From an uncultured Pelagibacteraceae bacterium (GTDB lineage Bacteria; Pseudomonadota; Alphaproteobacteria; Pelagibacterales; Pelagibacteraceae), in assembly GCA_902624195.1 (NCBI GenBank), contig CACNWV010000006.1, forward strand, positions 673-64,672: a stretch of 64,000 nucleotides of DNA, written 5' to 3'. This document shows positions 54,327 to 62,402 of the stretch, one piece after another. A model generated the notes under the pieces. The model had not been told where the DNA came from. It did not search any database and saw nothing but the letters and a program-made list of their open reading frames with translations. The position numbers and the translations under genes were made by a program. Numbering within the stretch: the stretch's first letter is position 1; each line of letters starts with the position of its first letter.

Positions 54327-55169
54327 CTTAATAATTTTTTGTGTAATTCTATCTAAAATTATTGCTAAAATTACAATACCTGTTCCGCCAATAACTGCAG
54401 ATCCAACATCAAGTCTTCCTAAGGCAATATATACAGTTAAACCCAATCCTCCTGCACCTATTAAAGCAGCAATAACTACCATAGATAATGCAAGCATCAA
54501 TGTTTGATTGACCCCTGCCATTATAGTTTTTAAAGATAAAGGAATTTCAATTTTAATTAGTATTAAAAATTTTGTAAGTCCCAAACTTGATCCTGCTTCT
54601 TTAAATCCCTTACCGACTTGCCTTATACCTAAATTTGTTAATCGAATAATTGGTGGTAAAGCAAATATAATAGTAGCAACCACTCCAGGAGTTAAACCAA
54701 CTCCAAAAAGCATAACTACAGGTATTAAATAAACGAAACTTGGTATTGTTTGCATTATATCAAGTATTGGGCGTAAAATAATTTCAAAAGTGTTACTTCT
54801 TGAAGCAATGATGCCAAGAGGAATGCCAATTAACATACAAAATAAAACAGCAGTAAAAATCATTGCAAGCGTGGTCATGCTTTCTGACCAAAGATCAACA
54901 AGATCAATAAATATTAAACTTATAAATGAAAAAATTGCAAACTTTAAACCATTGGTTTTGAATGCGAAGAAAATAAATATAAAAAGTATTATCGGAAAAG
55001 GGATGAAATTTAAAAGAGAATCTAAACTATTTAAAACAGTGTCTATTGGTGCTGAAATTTTTTTAAAGAGTGGCCGTTGTTCGAATAGCCACTCTTTAAT
55101 ATTTCCTTCAATCCATTCACCTAATGGAATGTATATTTCATAATCTGAAGGGGCTAATTTTAAATTCAT
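54318..55169 (-). CDS. proW: Glycine betaine/proline ABC transporter permease
   Basis: RPILDIMQTIPSFVYLIP, PPIIRLTNLGIRQV, IMAGVNQTLMLALSMVV. Confidence 0.92.
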   Translation of the reverse strand: MNLKLAPSDYEIYIPLGEWIEGNIKEWLFEQRPLFKKISAPIDTVLNSLDSLLNFIPFPIILFIFIFFAFKTNGLKFAIFSFISLIFIDLVDLWSESMTTLAMIFTAVLFCMLIGIPLGIIASRSNTFEIILRPILDIMQTIPSFVYLIPVVMLFGVGLTPGVVATIIFALPPIIRLTNLGIRQVGKGFKEAGSSLGLTKFLILIKIEIPLSLKTIMAGVNQTLMLALSMVVIAALIGAGGLGLTVYIALGRLDVGSAVIGGTGIVILAIILDRITQKIIKSH

Positions 55170-55187
55170 TAAAATTAACCTGAACCT

Positions 55188-56129
55188 TTACTTGATCCAG
55201 CTATCAAATGTACTTTGATTTGCTTTTATCCATTCATTAGCGTGCTTCTTAATTGCCTTCTCACTCTTTTCACCTTTATTCATTTTAAGATTTTGAGCAG
55301 CAATGTCAGCTAAAGGAATTGATGCTTTTTTTAACATCTTTTCAACTTTAGGATTTGCTTTTAGAAAGTCAACATTTGCAGCTGGTCTAATATCATCAGC
55401 TCCAAAACCTAAATTTACTTTAGATTTTGTTGCATTAGGAACCTTTCCTGCTTTAGATCCGCTGTAAGGAACTTCTATCCAAACTACATCTTTTCCAAGC
55501 TTTAATGTTCCAACTGTCCAGTTAGGTGTCCATGTATAAAACAACACTGACTTACCATTTTTATATTTTGAAATTACATCAGCCATAGATGCTGAATAAT
55601 CTGCCTTAACTGGATTAATAAATTCACCAAGACCAAGTTCATCAAAATGTTTTTGGATTACTTTTTCACATCCCCAACCCGGAGGGCAAGCTACCATGTC
55701 TGCTTTACCATCACCATTTGAGTCCCAATTTTTGGCATGTTTTTTAATATCCAACACTGTTTTAATTCCAAATTTATCAGCTGATTTTTTATCGATTAGG
55801 TATCCCTGCAATCCACCTTTTTTCATTACATGGCCAACCGGTTTAACTTTACCTTTCGACTCTGAGATGTAACCGTCATGTGTACCGAACCAACCATTAA
55901 CCCATAAATCTACATCACCTGTTGCAGCAGCAACGTAGAATACTTGTGGCTTCATTGTTTTTGGACCTGACACTTTGTAGCCCATTTTTTCTAACGCTTG
56001 CTTATAGACTTCAGCTTGAAAATAACCTGTGTCCCAATCAGCTCTGCCCATCTTAATCTCGTTTGCAAACGCGACACTACTAATAGACATTGCTGTAATT
56101 ATTGATACTAAATATTTTATATATTTCAT
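55188..56129 (-). CDS. proX: Glycine betaine/proline betaine ABC substrate-binding protein (E. coli ProX type)
   Basis: Signal peptide; QGYLIDKK, D.NGDGKAD..C.PGWGC, YTWTP.W, GKDVVW; Trp aromatic-cage positions retained; AGGAGG SD upstream. Confidence 0.88.
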   Translation of the reverse strand: MKYIKYLVSIITAMSISSVAFANEIKMGRADWDTGYFQAEVYKQALEKMGYKVSGPKTMKPQVFYVAAATGDVDLWVNGWFGTHDGYISESKGKVKPVGHVMKKGGLQGYLIDKKSADKFGIKTVLDIKKHAKNWDSNGDGKADMVACPPGWGCEKVIQKHFDELGLGEFINPVKADYSASMADVISKYKNGKSVLFYTWTPNWTVGTLKLGKDVVWIEVPYSGSKAGKVPNATKSKVNLGFGADDIRPAANVDFLKANPKVEKMLKKASIPLADIAAQNLKMNKGEKSEKAIKKHANEWIKANQSTFDSWIK

Positions 56130-56253
56130 ATGTCCTCCTAATTTCCTCAGTTTTTTTTAACATGTATGGATTAATAATGTAACCGTAGTTCAACTAAAAA
56201 GTGAATTATGGAAGATATGCTTATGATTTTTTAAGATTAGCTTATTTTGTCTT

Positions 56254-56646
56254 TTATTTGCATTTTTTGCACAAACCAAAGAATTCTAAATTAAATCTTT
56301 TAAATTTAGTTCCTTTTTTATCGCTGAAACTTGATAAATACTTTGAAAGTTTTGTATCACTAATTTCATCAACCATTTCACAGTTTTCACAAATCGAAAA
56401 AGCTGTTGCTTTTGAAATTTCACAATCTGAACTCCTACATGCAACAAAGGCATTTTTGCTTTCAATCTTATGAATTTTGCCCATTTCAATTAGCTTATCT
56501 AAAGCTCGATAAATTTGCTGTGGGGCGTTTATTCCTTTTTTTTGTACATTAAAAAGTATTGAATAAGCTTTTAAAGGACTATTTGCTTTTTCAATAATAT
56601 CTAAAACAATTTGTTGATTTTTAGAAAGTGTTTGTGCTTGTGTCAT
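56254..56646 (-). CDS. zur: Zinc uptake regulator (Fur family)
   Basis: AY.IL, YRALDKL, HKIES.NAF..C, CxxC twice; lies downstream of znuCB. Confidence 0.9.
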   Translation of the reverse strand: MTQAQTLSKNQQIVLDIIEKANSPLKAYSILFNVQKKGINAPQQIYRALDKLIEMGKIHKIESKNAFVACRSSDCEISKATAFSICENCEMVDEISDTKLSKYLSSFSDKKGTKFKRFNLEFFGLCKKCK

Positions 56647-56669
56647 AAATATAAATTACCAATTTAATA

Positions 56670-57473
56670 TCATTTTTTCAATTCAGAATAATTTTTGATC
56701 TTAATAAGTGTAAGACAAAATAAAACTAACGCTGCAGTTATTATTGAAGGCCCTGAAGGGGTATTAATTTGTAAAGATGAAAACAAACCAATTATTACTG
56801 ATAACAAGCCCCCTATTATTGATAGCTTAACCATCTGCTTTGGATTGTTAGAAACATTTCTTGCCATTGCAGCTGGCATAATTAACATTCCTGTTATTAG
56901 CAAAAGACCTACAATTTTAATTGATATTGCAATTATCGCTGCTAATAAAACTGTAAAGATTGCGTTCACTTTATCAGGGTTCATGCCTTCAGCTTCGGCT
57001 AATTCATGATTAACAGTTGAGGCAAACAAAGGTTTCCAAATAAATTTCAATATTAATAAGATTAGTGCTCCACCGATCCAAATAATTAACAGATCTATTT
57101 CATTTACGGCTAGGATATCTCCAAATAACAATCCCATTATATCAAAACGAATTGAAGTTAAAAAACCGATTACAACTAAACCAACAGCAAGAGATGAATG
57201 TGCTAACAAACCTAATAAAGCATCTCCTGGTAATTTTGTAGTTTTTTGAAGCTTCAAAAGTATAAGTGCAATCGCTGATGAAATTAAAAAAACTGAGAAA
57301 GCTATATTTAGTTCAAAAAAGAAAGCTATAGTAACTCCAAGAAGTGCAGAGTGAGACAATGTATCACCAAAAAAAGATAATCTTCTCCAAATTATAAAAC
57401 ATCCTAGAGGCCCAGTAACTAATGCTATTCCTATTCCAGCAATTAAAGCTCTAAAAAAAAAATCATCAAACAT
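56670..57473 (-). CDS. znuB: Zinc ABC transporter permease
   Basis: GPLGCFIIWRR..FFGDTLSH.ALLG, LLFGDILAV, PAA.AR, PSGPSI. Confidence 0.93.
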   Translation of the reverse strand: MFDDFFFRALIAGIGIALVTGPLGCFIIWRRLSFFGDTLSHSALLGVTIAFFFELNIAFSVFLISSAIALILLKLQKTTKLPGDALLGLLAHSSLAVGLVVIGFLTSIRFDIMGLLFGDILAVNEIDLLIIWIGGALILLILKFIWKPLFASTVNHELAEAEGMNPDKVNAIFTVLLAAIIAISIKIVGLLLITGMLIMPAAMARNVSNNPKQMVKLSIIGGLLSVIIGLFSSLQINTPSGPSIITAALVLFCLTLIKIKNYSELKK

Positions 57474-58226
57474 TTATTGTTTCCTTTTTATTGTTCCATC
57501 TGGTGAGTGAGTATGATCATGTTTATGTTCGTAAACAGATAAAACTGTTGAGGCCCGGTCCCCAAAAAGCTCTTGATATTTATTATTGTTAGCTACAGAT
57601 TGAGGAGTGCCAGAACAACAAACGTGTCCATTAAGGCAGACTACATAATCTGTGGAAGACATAACAACATGTAAGTCATGTGATATTAATAAAATCCCAC
57701 AATTTACCTTTTCTGAGATTTCTTTTATTAATTCATAAAGAGAGATTTCGCCTTTAAAGTCTACTCCTTGAACTGGTTCATCCAACACTAAAAGATCGGG
57801 ATTTTTTGCAATAGCTCTTGCTATTAAAACTCTTTGAAATTCACCACCAGATAAATTACTTAAATTATTATTTTTAAGATGTTCAACTCCAGTCAATTTT
57901 AAAGCATTAATTATTTCTTCATTGCTTAGATTTTGTGTAAGTAACATAAAATCAACTACTCTTATTGGCAATGTCCAATCAATAGAGATTTTTTGAGGGA
58001 CATAACCAATTTTTTCAGTAAATTTTAAAACTTTTCCTGTGATATTTTTATAAATACCTAGAGCAATTTTTGCTGTTGTTGTTTTTCCCGATCCGTTTGG
58101 TCCAATTAATGTAACGATTTCTCCCCTTTTTACTTCTAAGGAAACTCCTTTTACTAGCCATTTATCGTTTTTAAGTAGACCCACATTGTCTACTTTAATT
58201 AATGTCTCTGAATTTAATTTATTCAC
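57474..58226 (-). CDS. znuC: Zinc ABC transporter ATPase
   Basis: GPNGSGKTT, LSGGEFQR, LDEP, SHDL, CLNGHVCCSG, His-rich tail; start reset to the GTG at 58226 to avoid overlap with znuA and the Zur boxes. Confidence 0.92.
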   Translation of the reverse strand: MNKLNSETLIKVDNVGLLKNDKWLVKGVSLEVKRGEIVTLIGPNGSGKTTTAKIALGIYKNITGKVLKFTEKIGYVPQKISIDWTLPIRVVDFMLLTQNLSNEEIINALKLTGVEHLKNNNLSNLSGGEFQRVLIARAIAKNPDLLVLDEPVQGVDFKGEISLYELIKEISEKVNCGILLISHDLHVVMSSTDYVVCLNGHVCCSGTPQSVANNNKYQELFGDRASTVLSVYEHKHDHTHSPDGTIKRKQ

Positions 58227-58247
58227 AATATTAATCCTTGCAATAAC

Positions 58248-58286
58248 AAATGTTATATTATAACACTTTGTTACTTTATAACATAT
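58248..58286. promoter_or_regulatory. Two tandem Zur boxes in the znuC/znuA divergent region
   Basis: TGTTATA-T-TATAACA (58251-58265, perfect palindrome) and TGTTACT-T-TATAACA (58269-58283) match the proteobacterial Zur consensus AAATGTTATAnTATAACATTT. Confidence 0.85.
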
Positions 58287-58287
58287 T

Positions 58288-59268
58288 ATGCATAAAATAC
58301 TTAAATTAATTTCAACTGTATTTATAGTACTTTTCGCAACCATTTCAGTATCTAAAGCTGAAGTAAAAGTTGTAGCATCAATTAAGCCAATTCATTCCTT
58401 AGTTAGTTACGTTATGGATGGTGTTGGAAAACCTGATGTAATAGTTGATGGTTATAATTCTCCGCATGGATTTAGTTTGAAACCCTCTCATGCAAAAATG
58501 ATCGAAAACGCTGATTTAATTATTTGGGTTGGTGAAGATTTAGAGGCTTTCCTAGAAAAACCATTAAATACCATTGCTAAGAAAGCAGTAAATATTGAAA
58601 TAATGGATTTGAGTGGAATTAAAAAACTTAAATTTAGAGAAAAAAATATATTTGAAGGTCATGAGGATCATGGACATGGTCATAAAGAAAAAAAACATGA
58701 TGATCACGGACACGGTCATAAAGAAAAAAAACATGATGATCACGGACATGAGGGGCATGCTCACGGTGAACATGATCCACATGTTTGGTTAGATCCAATG
58801 AATGCTAAAGTGATTGTTAAGGAAATTGAAAAGCAATTGGTTAAATTAGATCCAGACAACAGTTCAAAATATAAAGCTAATTCTAAAAAGGCTCAGTCAG
58901 AGTTAGACAATTTAACAAAAAATATTAAAAAAGATCTTAAAGATAATCTAAGGTTTGTAGTTTTCCATGATGCTTATCAGTATTTTGAAAACAGATTTGG
59001 TATTAAAGTTTTAGGGGCTCTAACAGTAAATCCAGATGTATTACCAGGAGCTGAACAATTATCTAAAATAAGAGAAGTGATAGGGCATGAAAAAGTTAAT
59101 TGCCTTTTTTCAGAACCTCAATTTAATCCTGCAATTATAAAATCAATTGCTAAAGATACTAAAATCAAAACGGGTGTTTTAGATCCGCTTGGTGCAACTT
59201 TAGATAAAGGCAAAAGCATGTATTCTGAATTATTGCAAAGTATGTATGCGTCTTTTAAAGGCTGTTAA
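58288..59268 (+). CDS. znuA: Zinc ABC transporter substrate-binding protein
   Basis: VVASIKPIHSLV, SPH...LKPS, His-rich loop, DPHVWLDP, FHDAYQYFE, F.EPQF, LDPLG. Confidence 0.95.
   Translation: MHKILKLISTVFIVLFATISVSKAEVKVVASIKPIHSLVSYVMDGVGKPDVIVDGYNSPHGFSLKPSHAKMIENADLIIWVGEDLEAFLEKPLNTIAKKAVNIEIMDLSGIKKLKFREKNIFEGHEDHGHGHKEKKHDDHGHGHKEKKHDDHGHEGHAHGEHDPHVWLDPMNAKVIVKEIEKQLVKLDPDNSSKYKANSKKAQSELDNLTKNIKKDLKDNLRFVVFHDAYQYFENRFGIKVLGALTVNPDVLPGAEQLSKIREVIGHEKVNCLFSEPQFNPAIIKSIAKDTKIKTGVLDPLGATLDKGKSMYSELLQSMYASFKGC
58666..58749 (+). repeat. 36-bp in-frame tandem repeat (about 2.3 copies) encoding the ZnuA His-rich loop
   Basis: GGTCATAAAGAAAAAAAACATGATGATCACGGACAY at 58678-58713 and 58714-58749, plus a partial upstream copy (GHKEKKHDDHGH repeated). 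Confidence 0.9.
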
Positions 59269-60276
59269 TTAGGCAAATACTTCGCCCCATGTACCTTTTG
59301 TAGAAGCCTTAGAATATTCTGTAGCTCTACCCTCAAAAAAGTTCATGTGCTCTACTCCGTTAAGCATTGTATCTAACCATGTTAATGGATTTTTCTTAAC
59401 GTCGTAAATTGGATTAAGGCCTAATTGCTCCAATCTTCTGTTTCCAATAAATCTAATGTATTGTTTAACTTCTTCAGCTGTTAAACCTTGCATAGGACCC
59501 ATTTGAAAAGCTAAATCAATAAACGCATCTTCATGATGAACTATTGTTTTGCAAGCTTCATAGATCTCATTTTTTAATTTGTCATTCCAAATTTGTGGCT
59601 CTTCTTTAACAAAATCTCTAAAGAGTCTAATCATAGAATTACAATGTAAAGTTTCATCTCTTACTGACCAAGTTACTATTTGGCCCATCCCTTTCATTTT
59701 ATTAAATCTAGGGAAGTTTAATAAAATTGCAAAACTTGCAAACAGTTGTAAACCTTCTGTGAAAGCAGAAAATACAGCCATTGTCATTGCTATGTTGTGT
59801 TTCGATTTAACATCAAAGCCTTGCATATAATCGTATTTATCTTTCATTTCTTTGTACTGTAAGAAAGCTGAGTATTCTGTCTCTGGCATTCCGATAGTAT
59901 CTAATAGATGAGAATAAGCAGCTATATGAACTGTTTCCATTGCTGCGAAGGCTGTCATCATCATTAAAACTTCTGTTGGTTTAAAAACTGTTGTGTAGTG
60001 TCTTAAGTAACAGTTATTTACTTCAACATCTGCTTGAGTAAAAAATCTAAAGATGTGAGTTAAAAGATTTTTTTCTTCAACTGATAAATTTTTCTGCCAA
60101 TCTCTAACATCATCTCCTAGTGGTACCTCTTCTGGTAGCCAGTGAATTCTCTGTTGAGTTAACCAGGCGTCATAACACCATGGATATCTAAAGGGTTTGT
60201 AAACTGGATTCTCTACTAATAAGCCCATTTTATTGGGCTGAATTATTGTTGGTTTAGTTTTTTCTGCTACTGACAT
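59269..60276 (-). CDS. nrdB: Class Ia ribonucleotide reductase beta subunit
   Basis: HWLPEEV, FFTQAD, METVH..AY (radical Tyr), EG.QLF.SF, RDE.LH, NFFE.R..EY; ATG at 60276 preceded by GAGGAG. Confidence 0.95.
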   Translation of the reverse strand: MSVAEKTKPTIIQPNKMGLLVENPVYKPFRYPWCYDAWLTQQRIHWLPEEVPLGDDVRDWQKNLSVEEKNLLTHIFRFFTQADVEVNNCYLRHYTTVFKPTEVLMMMTAFAAMETVHIAAYSHLLDTIGMPETEYSAFLQYKEMKDKYDYMQGFDVKSKHNIAMTMAVFSAFTEGLQLFASFAILLNFPRFNKMKGMGQIVTWSVRDETLHCNSMIRLFRDFVKEEPQIWNDKLKNEIYEACKTIVHHEDAFIDLAFQMGPMQGLTAEEVKQYIRFIGNRRLEQLGLNPIYDVKKNPLTWLDTMLNGVEHMNFFEGRATEYSKASTKGTWGEVFA

Positions 60277-62216
60277 GATAAACACTCCTCATAGTTATTG
60301 TTTTCATTATTTGATTCTTGTTTTCCAGAGTAAACATTTTTTGTCACATCTGTTGAAGATCCATTGTTAACATTTTCAGCTCTCTGGATTGATTTGGATC
60401 TACAATAATAAAGGCTTTTCAGACCTTTTTTCCATGCTTGAAAATGAATATCGTGAAGTGCTTTTTTGTGTATATCTGCTGGAACAAAGATGTTTACTGA
60501 CTGTGCTTGCGATATGTGTGGAGTTCTGTCTGCCCCAAGTTCGACGATCCACCTTTGATCGATTTCGAAAGCGGTTTTAAAAGTATCTTTTTCGTTTGCT
60601 GTTAAAAAATTTAAATGTGATACGGATCCTTGATTAGTTGTTATTGTTGACCAAACTTCGTCTGTATCCTTATCATATTTTTGAAGTATTTTTTTTAAGT
60701 ATTTATTTCTTACATTGAAAGAACCCGAGAGAGTTTTATGAGTATAGCTGTTGGCAGCAATAGGCTCTATTCCTGGAGAAGATCCTCCACAAATTATTGA
60801 TATAGAAGCTGTTGGAGCTATTGCAGTTTTATTTGAAAATCTTTCCTTCATTCCATATTCTGCTGCATCAGGACACGATCCTCTTTCTTCAGCTAAAGTT
60901 TTTGAGGCATTATCAACTTTCTCCTGAATATTTTGGAATATTTTTTTATTCCAAACTTTACTCATGACTGATCCAAAAGGAATATTTTTTTGCTGGAAGT
61001 ATGAATGCAATCCCATAACTCCAAGACCAACACTTCTCTCTCTCATTGCTGAGTATTTTGCGTGAGCAAACTCATCTGGAGCTCTATTGATAAAATCAGT
61101 CATAACATTATCTAAAAACCTCATTACGTCTTCAACAAATTGCTGATCATCTTTCCACTGATCGTAAGTGTCTAAGTTTAATGATGACAAACAACAAACA
61201 GCTGTTCTTTGATTCCCTTCATTATCAATCCCGGTCGGTAATGTAATTTCACTGCAAAGATTAGACGTTTTAACTTTTAACCCAGCAAGTTTATGGTGTT
61301 GAGGAATTTGTCTATTGACTGTATCAATGTAAACGATGTAAGGCTCACCTGTTTCAATTCTCGCAGTTAGTAATCTAATCCATAAATTTCTTGCTGGTAT
61401 GGTTTGTTGAACAGATCCATCGTAAGGACTTCTTAATGCCCATTGACCACCTGTCTCCACTGCTCTCATGAATTCATCTGTAACTAAAACTCCGTGATGA
61501 AGATTTAAAGATCTTCTATTTACGTCTCCGCCAGTCGGTCTTCTCATTTCAATAAACTCTTCAATTTCCGGATGATCAATTTGCAGATAACATGCAGCTG
61601 AACCTCTTCTTAAAGATCCTTGGCTAATTGCTAATGTTAAAGAGTCCATAACTTTAATAAAAGGAATAATTCCAGAAGTTTTTCCTACTTTTCCAATTTT
61701 CTCTCCAATTGATCTTAAGTTACCCCAATAACTTCCAATTCCACCACCTCTTGCTGCAAGCCAAACATTTTCTTCCCAAAGGTTTGTAATTCCCTCTAGG
61801 CTGTCACTAGCTTCATTTAAAAAACATGAAATGGGTAATCCTCTCTCTGTTCCACCATTAGATAAAACTGGTGTTGCTGGCATAAACCAAAGATTACTTA
61901 TATAGTTGTAAATTCTTTGAGCGTGTAAGTTATCATCTGCATAAACACTTGCAACTCTTGCAAATAAATCCTGAAAACTCTCATTTTGACCTAGGTATCT
62001 ATCTGTTAGAGTAGCTCTTCCAAAATCAGTTAAATTTTGATCTCTTGATCTATCGATTTTAATTGTAATCCCCTTCTCGTTCTGAAATAATTCTGTTTCT
62101 CCAGAAAGAGAAAACAAATCCGGTTTTTTTGGACCGTTATTTTTTAGTTCGTTTTGGTTTTTTTGGCTTAAAGAGTCGACAGCTTTCTCTATTGCCAATG
62201 ATACACTTTTATTCAT
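60267..62216 (-). CDS. nrdA: Class I ribonucleotide reductase alpha subunit, short form lacking an ATP cone
   Basis: PATPVLSNGG, PISCFL, SNLCSEI (catalytic Cys), AIAPTAS, LYY.R, C-terminal CLSC. Confidence 0.95.
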   Translation of the reverse strand: MNKSVSLAIEKAVDSLSQKNQNELKNNGPKKPDLFSLSGETELFQNEKGITIKIDRSRDQNLTDFGRATLTDRYLGQNESFQDLFARVASVYADDNLHAQRIYNYISNLWFMPATPVLSNGGTERGLPISCFLNEASDSLEGITNLWEENVWLAARGGGIGSYWGNLRSIGEKIGKVGKTSGIIPFIKVMDSLTLAISQGSLRRGSAACYLQIDHPEIEEFIEMRRPTGGDVNRRSLNLHHGVLVTDEFMRAVETGGQWALRSPYDGSVQQTIPARNLWIRLLTARIETGEPYIVYIDTVNRQIPQHHKLAGLKVKTSNLCSEITLPTGIDNEGNQRTAVCCLSSLNLDTYDQWKDDQQFVEDVMRFLDNVMTDFINRAPDEFAHAKYSAMRERSVGLGVMGLHSYFQQKNIPFGSVMSKVWNKKIFQNIQEKVDNASKTLAEERGSCPDAAEYGMKERFSNKTAIAPTASISIICGGSSPGIEPIAANSYTHKTLSGSFNVRNKYLKKILQKYDKDTDEVWSTITTNQGSVSHLNFLTANEKDTFKTAFEIDQRWIVELGADRTPHISQAQSVNIFVPADIHKKALHDIHFQAWKKGLKSLYYCRSKSIQRAENVNNGSSTDVTKNVYSGKQESNNENNNYEECLSCQ

Positions 62217-62250
62217 ATTTTCCTTGTTTTTACTCGATTTATTAACAAAA

Positions 62251-62297
62251 CAACTACATGTTGTGTTACATTTACGTTAATATACTATATAACGCTG
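62251..62297. promoter_or_regulatory. Pair of NrdR boxes upstream of nrdA
   Basis: CAACTACATGTTGTGT (62251-62266) and the degenerate ATACTATATAACGCTG (62282-62297), 31 bp apart, resembling acaCwAtATaTwGtgt. Confidence 0.72.
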
Positions 62298-62306
62298 AAA
62301 TCAATA

Positions 62307-62339
62307 GAACATTATAAGAACATATAATTAATTTTGCAA
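62307..62339 (-). promoter_or_regulatory. sigma70 promoter of nrdAB (TTGCAA-N17-TATAAT) with an overlapping alphaproteobacterial LexA-type box GTTC-N7-GTTC
   Basis: -35 at 62339-62334 and -10 at 62316-62311; GAAC-attataa-GAAC at 62307-62321 brackets the -10 box. Confidence 0.72.
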
Positions 62340-62402
62340 GTGGAAAGTTTTGTTAATAAACATTTAATAACAAATGCCTATATTCTTTAGTATTTATAGG
62401 TA

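Noticed and set aside
56130-56253. Possible SAM-II/SAM-V or other riboswitch upstream of proX; ORF 56201-56473
   Set aside because: No convincing P1 stem or pseudoknot by eye, only a TTGAAC-like fragment; the ORF is antisense to zur. An Infernal scan would settle it
58227-58343. N-terminal extension of the znuC ORF
   Set aside because: It overlaps znuA and the Zur boxes; the GTG at 58226 is more plausible
58666-58749. CRISPR-like repeat of 36 bp
   Set aside because: Copies are directly adjacent with no spacers and lie in frame within znuA
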